A DNA stretch of 63,976 nucleotides, filler included, from Octopus bimaculoides (Eukaryota): NCBI RefSeq assembly GCF_001194135.2. It is 4 parts of 3 records of this genome, joined end to end, with 100 filler letters (N's around TTAATTAATTAA, not from the genome) between each part and the next. Parts side by side here need not be neighbours in the genome. Positions count along the whole stretch, not along the records: positions 40,016 to 62,597 come from NC_068984.1; positions 62,698 to 63,976 come from NW_026398543.1; 2 more parts are not named here. One strand, written 5' to 3'. Every line of letters begins with the position of its first letter. The first letter of the stretch is position 1. The translations under genes and the position numbers were made by a program. Positions 51,825-63,976 of this stretch are shown in pieces. The notes under the pieces are model-generated. The model was not told where the DNA came from. It ran no database searches and saw only the letters and a list, made by a program, of their open reading frames with translations.

Positions 51825-52010
51825 CTGACCACAACATTCAAATTTTTTTTCTCCGTGTTTTTCTCCTTGTGTTTCTCTTTATTCTTTCTGTTGAAGAGCG
51901 TAGCTCGAAACGTTAAAGACTTTCTCTATTTCCGAGCGTTAAACTAATACATCCTCTTGTTGTTTACACCACCTGTCCTCGTCTGTTGTTTTTTTCGTAA
52001 ATTCTCCCAT
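51825..52010 (+). mobile_element. Penelope-like pseudo-LTR with degenerate hammerhead motif, ending in (TA)n
   Basis: tcttt-CTGTTGA-a-gagc-gta-gctc-GAAAC-GTT-aaaga at 51883-51919: stem I (tcttt/aaaga) and stem II (gagc/gctc) pair, but the catalytic core is variant. Confidence 0.5.
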
Positions 52011-52538
52011 ATATATATATATATATATAAAACATTTATACAATCATGTATATATGCTTACATATATGATTACATAAGTACATACATAATACATACATAC
52101 ATACATACAAATATACATACTATACATACATATATACATGCATATAATGGCATGGATATTGTTGACGATGATTATCCAAGCAAATGGTGATGTTTTTGTA
52201 GAAGAGGTTTATTTTTGTATGTCATATATTTAGCAATTAAATAATTCATGACACAAGGTGCTGTTTTCTATTTCACTTGAAACGTCGTATCTAACTTGTG
52301 AAAGCTTACAGCCTTTAGACATTTAATTTCTTTCAATGCATCTAATAATAATGATAATAATAATGATAATATAATATTAATATCACTATATGTATAAATG
52401 CATTTTATATATGAATATATAATGTACAGTTTATGTGTGTATGTATACATAATACACATACATACAACATACATTATATATATATATCAACTTTATTATC
52501 ATCTTTTGCCAAATTTTGGGTGTAAAAAAATATATTTA

Positions 52539-52587
<49 letters not shown>

Positions 52588-53034
52588 GCACACGACGTAC
52601 ATTATATAATTTATATTCTATTGTATATCCGTACATATGTTTCGAGGTATACACGAATAATCATGTATAATATACACACATAACTGAAATATATATATTT
52701 AAAAAAAAGCATTATATAAAAAGTAGAAATTCTAGTTTTTTCTATAAATCTATTCAAATTAAAAGCATTTTATAATGAAAAAAAAATTTTAATTCCGAGC
52801 GGGTTGGTATGTGCGTATTTTTGTTATTGTTGTTCTGCTGTTCTTCTTCTTGTTCAGATCTCCAAAATGACTAAATAAGTAGATTGTATGAAAATAGAAC
52901 TCAAACAGATTGGAAAAGACTGGAAAAGCTAATTTCACTCTTAACTGAATCTCTCTCGACAAGATTTCCTGAAAGCATCTGCTCAGATTGTTCTCGAACG
53001 ATATTGAATAATGTCACCGCCGTCGATGCCACCG

Positions 53035-53035
<1 letters not shown>

Positions 53036-53119
<84 letters not shown>

Positions 53120-53136
53120 TGATAATAATAATAATG

Positions 53137-53203
<67 letters not shown>

Positions 53204-53566
53204 TAATGTGGTGATGTGGTTGATGTTCGAGGTGGTAGTAGTGGTGGTTGTTGTGATGACGATGGTGGTGGTATTTGTGGTAGTGATGGTGGTGGTGTAG
53301 GTGGTTGTGGCGATGAGGATAACTTTGGGGAGGAGAAGAAGTACGAGGAGAAGGATGATGATGTTGACGACGTTGATGATGGTGGTGATAATGTTGGTCA
53401 TGGTGGGGGTGATGATCAAGATGGTGATAGCGATGATGACGATGATCATGACGACGACGACGACGACGACGACGAGGAGGAGGAGGAGGAGGAGGAGTAT
53501 AATGTTGAGGGTGATGAAAATGTTAATGTCGGTGATGATAATGATAAACAGCAACAACAACAGCTT

Positions 53567-53636
<70 letters not shown>

Positions 53637-53640
53637 AATA
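53036..53640. repeat. Compound trinucleotide tract (CTA, ATA, GAT, GGT, GAC, GAG)
   Basis: Directly visible; similar tracts at 30210-30360, 31390-31700 and 56030-56180. Confidence 0.9.
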
Positions 53641-53839
53641 ATTTTGATCTTGTTTCTTTTCATTCTTCGTGTTGACGTTAATATGAGGGGGAAAAAATAG
53701 CATTGCATTGAAGATGTTTCAATTTATTCGTGTTTGATGTGAAGTTGTTTTGTGAAAGATTAATGGATTGTTTTCTTTTGTGTCGAACGCTACCATCCTT
53801 TGCATTCCAAATTTTTCGCCGCCATCACTATTATCAACG

Positions 53840-53870
<31 letters not shown>

Positions 53871-53933
53871 TATTATCATCATCCTCTGCACCAGCGACAG
53901 CATCGTCATCATCATCAACATCACCATCGACGT

Positions 53934-54137
53934 CTGGCAGAATCGTTAATACGCTGGGCTAAATGCTTAGAAGTATTTCGCCAGTCGCTACCTTCTGAGT
54001 TCAAATTCCACCGAGGTCGACTTTGCCTTTCAACCTTTCAGGGGTCGATGAAATAAGTACCATTTACGCACTGGGGTCGATATAATCGACTAGCCCCCTT
54101 CCCTCCAAAATGTTCAAGGCCTTGTGCCTAGAGTAGA

Positions 54138-54138
<1 letters not shown>
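53934..54138 (+). mobile_element. SINE family A copy ending in (AAT)n
   Basis: Homologous to 47356-47556. Confidence 0.8.
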
Positions 54139-54192
<54 letters not shown>

Positions 54193-54193
54193 G

Positions 54194-54221
<28 letters not shown>

Positions 54222-54225
<4 letters not shown>

Positions 54226-54450
54226 TAGTTTTATTTTTATAGCGTGCTTTGACTTCACTGCCGAGCGCAGCTCTGTGTGCCTTGGGTATGTGCTGTGGTT
54301 TGCTGTGATGCTCTTCTGGTTAGTGTATTGAAAGTGTTTTGCGTAGGATGTGTGCAGTGCCCAGTAGTGCAATTTTCTGTATGTTATATTTACTTGTAAG
54401 TCCTGGTGTTTTTGTTAGGTATTTGTCTGAATATTTTTTTATCATATCCC

Positions 54451-54452
<2 letters not shown>
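54222..54452 (-). mobile_element. Short, heavily 5'-truncated R4/Dong-type 3' end
   Basis: NIQKIALLGTAHILRKTLSIH* plus 3' UTR; (TTA)n on both sides. Confidence 0.7.
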
Positions 54453-54500
<48 letters not shown>

Positions 54501-55038
54501 GAGTGAGTGAGCAGTGCATGCCATCAAAGTGACACTGGGGTAAAATATACTAAACTCAATATACCCATCATGGCTACCTGTCTGATAAGTGTACACCAGA
54601 CACATGCATCATAACCATATGTGCGCGTCATGGTGAGCTCATATCAAGATAAACAGCGCATGAACTTGCAGGTGGGACCCACTTAGAATTTTCTTCAGGT
54701 TGAGTAGCCCATCCCGGTCAAAAGGTCCCTCAATAAGGGTTGTTTAAGGATACTGAACGAAACAACCATGTTTTCAGAGGTGAATTATTCAAGCCCCAAA
54801 GAATTCCTCTCAACACATGGCTATGATGCTTCCCCCACTACTTCAGTTCGTGATCAGTCACTAAGGAACATTGCTCAACTGGTTAAGTCCAAACAAACGG
54901 ACAAGCAAATCTGTGGTATCGAGCAGAATATTTGCTGTAGCTCATCCTTTATACCAAGAGAAAAGATGTACATGATAACACTTTCAATAAATTAGGATCA
55001 AAGGTCATGAGAGCCACTTCCTGGTGTTGCATTTGGGC

Positions 55039-55040
<2 letters not shown>
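54501..55040. mobile_element. Non-coding repeat of about 540 bp embedded in (TTA)n (non-autonomous element or UTR fragment)
   Basis: Complex sequence with sharp borders against (TTA)n on both sides; no ORF with recognisable motifs. Confidence 0.5.
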
Positions 55041-55126
<86 letters not shown>

Positions 55127-56030
55127 TCTCTTTATCATAGTTTTTTTTTTGGAACTCCTGGAGTCTTACATGCGTAGGGGGCTTGCTACTTGCAGCCTAC
55201 AGTACCATGTTATCCATTCTTTTCAGCTATCTCATACTTTCCTGATTATTCTAGCCGTGCCAAGGAGGCAAACCTTTTGTAACAGTTCTACTGAGTTCTC
55301 GATTCCCATTTGCTTTATAATCCCCTTGATGCCTTCTGATACCGTTCTCAAGGACCCAACAATAATTGGCATTATCTTCACCTTCTTCATTTTCCATAAC
55401 CGGGCTATTTCGTACTTAAGAGAATTTTATTTATCTGTCTTTTCGCTTTCCTTCTTGATTATTCGTGGATCAAAGGGGCATGCAACATCAACAATATAGC
55501 ATTTTTAATGCATCATATTAACCACCACTACTTCCTGTCTGTTATGCTCTAGCACCTGATCTGCTTCGATTGGGACATTCCAGAGAATTTTGCTAGTCTC
55601 CGGCTCCCCACTATCTGCGGTTTGTGCTTATACCACGTCTTGCTTCTTTCTAACCTCCACTTTTCGCACAGTTTCCAATATAGCACTTTCGCTACTTGAT
55701 CGCTAATTGAATGCCGTAGACTTCTGGGCAAGTCTAGGGCATTCGTTCGTGATATGGGCTATGGTTTCAGCCACTCTATTGCAGATGCGGCATGGCGGAG
55801 ACACTTGCTCATTCTTAAGGTTGACCCTCCGGTTTGAGGCCAAAGCTTGGCCTTGCAATGCCAGTATAGTGACCTCGGTCCCTTTTTTTTAGTGTTCTTT
55901 TCATCAGCCAATCCCATCTACTTTTTTCAGCAACTTCTGTTGTGGCTGCATGGAATTGATTGTGTAGCCCCTTCTGCTTCATGTCTTTTTTGCACTTCTT
56001 CCTTTGTATTTTTTTTCTTTTTTCTCTGCT
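55127..56030 (-). mobile_element. R4/Dong-type non-LTR retrotransposon 3' fragment (CCHC finger plus restriction-like endonuclease)
   Basis: Broken frames give GLHNQF...WDWL, CRICNRVAETIAHITNECPRLAQ, SDQVAKVLYWKLCEKW...WYKHKP, IVDVACPFD, CLLGTARIIRKV*; (TTA)n on both sides. Confidence 0.85.
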
Positions 56031-56147
56031 TATTATTATTATTGTCATTATTGGTGGTGGTGGTGGTGGTGGTGGTGGTGGTGGTGGTGGTGCTGCTGCT
56101 GCTGCTGCTGGTGACGCTGGCTGTGGTGGTGGCGGTGATAGTGTTGT

Positions 56148-56179
<32 letters not shown>

Positions 56180-58110
56180 TGGCTTCTGTTATTCCTATTC
56201 TTGCTTATGTCACTTTCATTTTACTGGTTTTTGTCACTGTGATGATTAAACATTCTACTTTAACTTGCCTCTTCGGTTTTATATACATGTGTGTGTACAT
56301 GTGTGTGTGTGCGTGTGTGTGTTGTGTGTGAGTGGGTGAGTGAGTTTATTCATAAATGCGTGCATTTATGTGTATATATGTTATTAACAAAAGAAGATAT
56401 GTAATATGATAGCTGTGTAGACTTCATTACACGATATACATAAATATTTATATAAATATGTATATGCATACATACCTGAAATATTAGTGTAACGTCTCCC
56501 AAATGGAAGCATAAAATAAAATAAAAATCATGTACAGTCAGAGAAGTTATTTACCCTGCAAAGATAAACATTTCTTTCCCAATCTGTGAGAAAGAGAATA
56601 TTTATGAGCAACTGCTTCGAAATCTGGAGTTTCTCTGACGTGATTATGAATCAATATTTATATTTATAATTATTATTGCATTCAGCAACGTTAGTAAATA
56701 TTCAGGTAGCAATTTGGCCTACAAAACTGAGTGTACTGAAGGTCGTAAGGTGGATAAATTATTCATTTATTAAAATTTCTTTTGCAAACTGAAAATTAAA
56801 ACAAAATGAGAAGTGACGATAGTTTCAAAGGAACAAGATACACTAAAAACTGAAGTAACATGTTTCGAAGAAGCGAGAGGACAGTTATCTACAAGTGTTT
56901 GGAACCTAATTTACGGTCATTTGCAAAGTATTAATCTTCTCGGCTTCAAACCTATATAAACAGCTAATTATATGTAATATCGTTAAAAGTGAGATTTGGC
57001 TGGTATATGTCGAGCGGGTACCTGTAACTGAAGACACGCAGTACGTCGAAATCACGTGATTTGGCAGTTCCGATACCAATAGCAGAATTTACCTCTGCTA
57101 ACAATATAAATATGTGTACTTTTATGTACCATACATCCATATGAGAGGATCTCTCAAGGCGAATGCCACAGTATTCGGCGTTCTAACAGAACAGCTACGT
57201 TGTGCTACTCTATTATTTAAAACTGCAAATGTTACGCATCTTTACACAAGGAGTTTTTGCGTGAATGAGCATTAAAAACAGAGATGGTTCAGAAAAATAG
57301 AAAATATCTTCTTCGTCCTTAGTTTAAGGGCGTCTGGGAGCAGTGAAGTATTTCAGAAAATGGAAAAGTATTAGATTCTGCAAATGTGTAGGAGAAAAGA
57401 GGTACGAGAGATAAAAGTAAAGTATTTGGAAGAGAGTGAATGAAGTTGGACGCGGAAAGTAAGTGAAGATGATAATGAAAAGTAGTGTTAGTATGAGATA
57501 TAGAAGTTATCATTGTGGTCAGTTGAAGGCCAGTGATCTATCGACAGTTGGCTAATTATAGGACATGTATTCATGTTTGTACACACGTTTATACACGAAT
57601 TGATTCAAGTTAGTGAGAGTCATTGTTGACTCGGATCTGTTTGAGAGTCACGCAAATGTTCGAGCTTTGCTGATTTGTGGAATTATGTCTAATAACTGTT
57701 ACCATGTGTATAACATCAAACGAATGCATTAGATCTCCTAACTACTCCCCTAAGTTTTTAACCGGTATGGGGATACAAATCTCTTGTTTCTAGTGACTAT
57801 GGTGAAAGAGGTTGTATGCTCGATTGGTGAAATTTGCTACTCAATGAAATTGTAAAAAAGCCCAAGTGCCTTAGCTTGCTTTGAGCAGACACCAGGATTT
57901 CCTCTCTGTACTGTGTATAAACAGCTGTACACAACCTGTTGTTCTTTACAATACACTGGTGAATTGTCCCTCGACACTTGATTGTACTTAACTAATAGAG
58001 CAACCTTATTCATTCATGTAGATATTGTTTCATGTTCTCTTTGCTTTAGCTTATTATTTTTCATTCATATAAAGTGATATCGCTATTCGTTTTACATAAT
58101 AATACAGATA

Positions 58111-58502
58111 TAGGCGTAGGCGTGACCGTGTGGTAAGGAATTTGCTTCCTAGTCACATGGTTCCGGGTTCAGTCTAACTGTACGGCAACTTGGGCAAGTA
58201 TCTTCTTCCATAGCCTCGGTCCGACCAAATCCTTGTGAGTGGATTTAGTAGACGGAAAATGAAAGAAACTAGAAGCCCTTTGTATATAAGTGTGTATTTG
58301 TGTGTGAGTGTGTACGCGCGCGCGCGCGTGTTTGTCCTCCACCGCCGCCGAACAACCGGTGTTGGTGTTTTTACGTACCCGTAACGTAGCGGTTCAGCAA
58401 AACAGAAGATAAAATAAGTACCAGGCTTTAAAACAATATTGGGGTCGATTCATTCGACTAAATATTCTTCAAGGTGGTGCCCCAGCATGATCGCAGTCTA
58501 AT
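58111..58502 (+). mobile_element. SINE family B, near full length
   Basis: ggcgtaggcgtgaccgtgtggtaag head with a gggttcagtc B-box-like motif, through the ...cccagcatgatcgcagtc tail. Confidence 0.8.
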
Positions 58503-58557
58503 GAGTAAAAATTTTTTTTTTTTTAAATAGTATAATTGCGAAATGTTTGTACATTTA

Positions 58558-58760
58558 TACGAGGGGGTGCTGAAAAGTTCCTGGCTTTAAGGAAATCGCG
58601 AAAGGCCTGGCTGGAAGCCCAACCTTCTGAGTTCTTTTAGGGGGCTTAGAAAAACTGAAAGACCGCTACAATAAGTGTGTGAATCTGAGACGGGAATATG
58701 TCGAATAAAATCATAATTAATTGAGCCGCCTGTATTTTCTTTTATCGAAAGCCAAGAATG
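58558..58760 (+). mobile_element. Short non-autonomous mariner derivative
   Basis: TA followed by cgagggggtgctgaaaagttcctggct TIR; GLEKLKDRYNKCVNLRREYVE* mariner C-terminus; partial right TIR (aaagccaagaa). Confidence 0.65.
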
Positions 58761-58982
58761 TTTATTTTTGGAAGTTAACACGCACTAGATTTCTAGCAAT
58801 AGATTGCTGTCTAAATGGCACGTAGATACGTATTCAGTCGTCCGTTTCTTTTTAATATTAATGAAATCAAATAAACTCGGATATGTGCTTGACGAACAGA
58901 AACAAACTATGAAGTTATTGAGAGACTCCGATTGGACGACAAGATACTTTATTTAATATGTAAATAGTTATTAAGATAGCAA

Positions 58983-59165
58983 TCTGCCAGAATCGTTATC
59001 GCAACGAACAAAATGCTTAACGGTATTTTGTCTGTTTTTCGTTCTCAGTTCAAATGCCACAAGGGTCGACTTTGCCTTTCAACCTTTCGGTGTCGATAAA
59101 ATAAGTACCAGTTGAGCACTGGGGACGGTGTAATCGACTTATCCCTTCCACCGAAATTGCTGGAC
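58983..59165 (+). mobile_element. SINE family A copy
   Basis: Homologous to 47356-47556. Confidence 0.7.
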
Positions 59166-62100
59166 AAAATTTAAATCCGATATGTAATAAGTTATTCTTT
59201 TGAGCCAATTAATAGCTTTGTAAAGCGTGATTTCTTTTTTTTATTTTTTTATAGAGACCTTTCGGTATTTCATTTGCATAACAGTATATGCTCAAAGTCT
59301 TTTCCACAGAGTAGCAATATCATTGGCCATATTGTCGCAAGTACATTTAATCTGGAAAAAATTCAAGGCTGATCTTCAAATTAATACTAATTGAAGAAGC
59401 TGTACATCTTACTAAGTCGGCAAGATTCCAGAAGTACATATTCTTGCCATATGAACACCTCGAACTATCTTTTCTCTTACATTCAGTTTTCCTGCCTCAC
59501 ATATTATGCGTGTGCGTGTATGTGCCTCTGTGTGCGCGCACATGTGTGTGTGTATGCGTGCGTGTGCGTGTGTGTACATATATACATTATGCGTGTGTGT
59601 GTATATATACATGCACGCATATATGGGGGAATGTATAGGCACATACATAGAAAGAGAAAAATATGTACATATCCATACAAATGCACATAGTTACACTTAT
59701 TTACGTATACGCAGATATGTGTGAATTCAGAGAGTAAATGTAAAGGTTCAAAAGACACATTGCATTAACAGTTTAATGATCGCATCATATTACTTTCTCT
59801 TGACCCTTGCAGGCTACAAATCTTCTTAAAAACTCGTATTTGTTTTCGTATTGGCGCATGTGTATGTATTTGTATGTTTCTGTGTTTGTATGTGTCAGAA
59901 TATATGTCACCCTGTCTATATCTGTAGTTGTGTCTGTCTGCAGACTTAAAGGACATTATTATCTCTGTATTTACGCTAATGGTTATCAAAAAGATCCGGC
60001 TTCTAATCGTCAATATATCATTAACTGTTATCTGTAACATCGGTCTTTAAGCTCTTCTTTCCTTACAAGTTGTCTGCCTGGAAATCTGACGGCCTGTCTA
60101 CCTATCAATCTTAATTTTCAACCACCCAACCATCAATCCATCCATCCATCTATCCATCCACCAATAGAGATTCTATACGATCAATAAATCTGCTAGAAAT
60201 AGCAGCCAAATGTCTTTCTGATTACAAAGTTTTTATTATAAAAATGAACCATGTCTGAAAAAAGGGGGTGAGAGCTACGGTTAGAATGTTTTTGGTTACA
60301 GGCCTACCTGATCAGAGCTCACTTGGTGTTACGCAAAAACAAAAATATTCTGTTCGTTCAACTTTCAGACATATAATCAGCTAGTGACCTTACATACAAT
60401 TTTCAGTTATCCAGTTCGCCGTCCATCGATCTATTTTTCCAATAATCTAGTCAGCCAGCCAGCCAGCCAGTTAGCCAGCCAGCCAGCTAATCAATCAGTC
60501 CATCCCATTAGCTATTCATTATCAAACAAATTACATTTTTTTATCCCTAATTTTTTTATTGAATTCGTAGTTTAGTAAATTATATTAAAGCGAATAATTG
60601 CATGATAACTATTTGTATGAACATTTTACTTTAAATGTTCATTTTCAATACTTGAGTTAACAATAAAAGAAGTTGATTTTATATACATACACACAGAGAA
60701 ACATTTTAACTTGAGCTACATTCACTATATAAGCTAAATACTAAAATGATTTGAATCATTTGATTTACATTAAACTTTACGTTTTGATACAAAATCAAAA
60801 ATACAAATTTTTGCCAATAATTTATTTATACTTATTTGTCATTCTTTCTTCATATGATTACAGACTTGAACTAAAATTGTTTGGCAGATTACAGATTCAT
60901 TTCTATTGGTTGTTAATGCAATCAGTTTATGTGTAATTATTAGATGCATTTTACAAACTAAAGGAAACATTGATCATTACTCATATATCCATATGAAAAT
61001 TTTCATTTTCAAATAATCATTATATTTATATGATCATTAATTATAAGACAAATTACATTTCTTTATCCCAAAATTTTTATTGAATTCGTAGATTAGTTAA
61101 TTATATTAAAGCGAATAATTGCATAATAAATATTTGTATGAAAATTTTACTCCAAAAGTTCATTTTCAATAAACAATAAAAGAAGTCGGTATTTTTTATT
61201 ATAAGATATGTATAATTTTGTATCATAAAGCTCTATACATGTTTATATTGACTGATACTTTTGCTAACTCGTTATCACACATTTACTGTTTGTCATTTGC
61301 GACTTCAGAACTTTTCTAATCTTATTCTTTCCCTGACGTTTACTACTCCACTTCTCTGACTTTGTCATTTGATAAACCAAGTTTACAAGAATTTACTTTT
61401 GACGATACAGTAATTCGGCGTTACTACCAAAACGAATTTGAATAATTCATAAAATATTTAATGAACTATATCAGTTATTATAGGCATTCTTTTCAAAGGA
61501 GATACTTTTGCAATCGAATTCAAAAATTGCATAAGATTTTCTTCCTTCAACTCACCTCATCTTTCAACCGATGGTTTAATAATTTTATACCTCTCTACCT
61601 CACATCCCGTGGTAAATAAACCAAAAGAAAAGAAGACTAACAAACAATAGATAATACAGAAAGAAAGAAAGAAAGTGAAAGAGTGACTTATGTATCATAT
61701 TTAATTTATATAATATTCACCACTGATAGGCCAATTTCAACGGTGTTTGTCCCTAACTAAATCTCTTATTGTTGTGCTGTGTCAAAAATGCAGTAAATAT
61801 CGGAGGGAGAGGAAAATCTACTGCAGCAGGTGCTAGCAAAAGTTCGTCACTCCAGTTATAGAAAACAGTGAATTAAGTATTCGCTGATATTGCGAATAAC
61901 CACCAGACTGAATAATACAAGATGGACAGGCAGTGTTAACATAGATGCCGATCCATCTTGAGATAACATCTGTTACAAGCGTACTATGTTAAAACAGAAT
62001 AAATATCGGAGGGTGACGAAAAATAACGCCAGTAGCAGCCAGTGAGAACGCCAGATGCAGTAAATAGTCTATCAATGGTATATATTCATTAAGAATGAGG

Positions 62101-63379
62101 CATAGATGATTGTTTTAATTTTATACTGCTTCAATTGCAACATCAGTTAAATGTTCGCAACATCAGTTAAATGTTTTATTTAACAGTTTCCTATATCGGA
62201 TCAACGATATCATATAGGAATGTGGCTGGATGTGGGTACACGTCATTGAATAAACCCAAAAATGCCGAAATGCATCTGGCGTTCTCGCTGGTTGTTGCTG
62301 GAATGAATTTTCACCTCCCTCCTTTTTTATAGCGTTTTTAACAAACCATGTCCATAAAAGATGCTACCTCGAGACGAATAACACAGCAACTGGTCTATCA
62401 ATGGTGTATATGCATTAGTATAGTATGATACACACATGGCTTGTTTCAATTTCATACTACCTCAATTGCCTGCACTAGATAGATAAATAGATAGATAGAT
62501 ACATTTCTTTTATTAGCCACACAGGGCTCAACGAAGATGGGACAAATACAATGTAGAGCTTTTCTTTTTGGGAGGGGGAAGGAAGGGAAAAAAAAAANNN
62601 NNNNNNNNNNNNNNNNNNNNNNNNNNNNNNNNNNNNNNNNNTTAATTAATTAANNNNNNNNNNNNNNNNNNNNNNNNNNNNNNNNNNNNNNNNNNNNTAT
62701 ATATATACATATGCATGCGTGTATGTATATATGAATCAAAATGAAAATTATTATATCATTTGTTTACAAAGAAATGTTATACATTCATGTTCACGAAATA
62801 TTGAAATTAATTACGCTCAATTGTTTAATTAATGTACTAAGTCTACATCACCTTTCATATACTAAGAAATTTGAGAAATATACCTTCATACTTGAAGATA
62901 TCATTTATCTTGGCACTAAGTGGTTTCATAGTGCGCAAAAATATATTAGTTGAAGAGATCTGATTGAAAATATATTGTTTCCCTAATCAAAATTTGCACT
63001 TTCTTAGCAAGACATTTACAGAGATGGGAGAGACATGTACTAATTATCCGCTGTTTAGACACAGGTTAATGTACAATAAAGATAGTAACAGCTCACATTC
63101 ATTAATTTGTGAAATTGTGAATGAGAATATCTGTCACCATGAATGATGACAGAGTTGAGGTAATTACTTTAGTGAAAACCCTAATAAACTTTCCATTTCA
63201 CTACTCGTTCCTCTCATAATCATTAGAACAATTGTTTAAAGTATTAGATGTCACCGTAATCGACTCAGGACACTCAACGAATCAAACTGTGTCCATGCAG
63301 TAGGTAGTGGTCTATCTACTCATCTAAACTGTACCCATTCAATTACAATCGTAAGTTAATTATTATTATTATAATTATA

Positions 63380-63452
<73 letters not shown>

Positions 63453-63491
63453 TTATTATTATTATTATTATTATTATTGTTGTTGTTGTTA

Positions 63492-63976
63492 TAGACGTCG
63501 CACAATATACAATATGGTGAGGTTGTTGATTGAAGATATCGTCTCTACCGGGGGTTTGTACTGTTTGTCAAGTTACAACAAGGATCTCAGACACACAGAA
63601 TTTTACGCAGTATGCTTGCCGTTCCAAGCAATGCCGAATTTTGCAATACGTCTACATTATACGGTATTTCTAAGGTGTTGAGATGTCTTTCTGTTTTTGT
63701 TTTCTCTGATTGGTTGGTATTGAACTCAAGTCTCCGATGACAACAGCGATACACTTTGTGCTTGACTCCCGTAGTAACAACATCTTAGCGATCTCAATTT
63801 TCAGTCTCCACATTTATCAACTTTTTCCTTGGCTTTCATTGTGATGTGTTGATCCCCTGGAACTGCTACGTCGATTATTAAGCACTTTTGTTTTGTCCCT
63901 CCTAAAGGCTATTATATCCGGACTTCGGTGCTCTAACACTTTGTCTATCTGGAAATCAAATTCCCAGAGGATTTTT
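63492..63976 (-). mobile_element. R4/Dong-type RLE 3' fragment, running off the window end
   Basis: KILWEFDFQIDKVLEHRSPDII...LIIDVAVPGDQHI...LQNSALLGTASILRKILCV*; 3' end abuts (CAA)/(TAA)n at 63356-63491. Confidence 0.85.

Noticed and set aside
52884-53703. Poly-Asn/Asp/Glu/Leu ORFs resembling low-complexity or reflectin-like proteins
   Set aside because: Trinucleotide microsatellites open in several frames on both strands; no reflectin motif and no supporting splice structure.
56540-57100. Minus-strand exon candidates (EVNSAIGIGTAKSRDFDVLRVFSY; a 29-nt micro-exon)
   Set aside because: Plausible splice sites but no recognisable domain and no chain of phase-compatible exons.
59250-59370. C2H2 zinc-finger-like peptide ICSKSFPQSSNIIGHI
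   Set aside because: Lacks the first Cys and the second His, is a single copy, and has no TGEKP linker; probably chance.

Overview
AT-rich, microsatellite-saturated eukaryotic draft-assembly window with many N gaps and three artificial TTAATTAATTAA scaffold joins. The SINE, RTE and Tc1 content looks like an octopus genome (inferred from recalled repeat families, not database-checked). Nearly all long ORFs in the supplied track are microsatellite or N-gap artefacts. The one well-supported host gene is a four-exon 3' fragment on the minus strand (27058 to 20519), missed by the ORF track except for one exon. It splices in frame to 205 aa: a leishmanolysin/peptidase-M8-like C-terminal Cys motif, a SEA-like module with a GSIVV cleavage motif, one TM helix and a short Cys-rich tail. 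Its 5' exons were not found; the gene probably continues across the scaffold join at about 28 kb. The rest is mostly transposon debris: tRNA-derived SINEs, RTE, CR1, R4/Dong-type and Penelope-like retroelements, mariner, Tc1 and maT DNA transposons, and MITEs. Highlights are a Penelope-type minimal hammerhead ribozyme (43474-43566), a nest of R4/Dong fragments stacked in (TAA)n, a SINE-derived 42-bp minisatellite with higher-order structure, a near-perfect foldback MITE with an 8-bp TSD, and a tentative decayed Polinton/virus-like tract at 32.8-36 kb.
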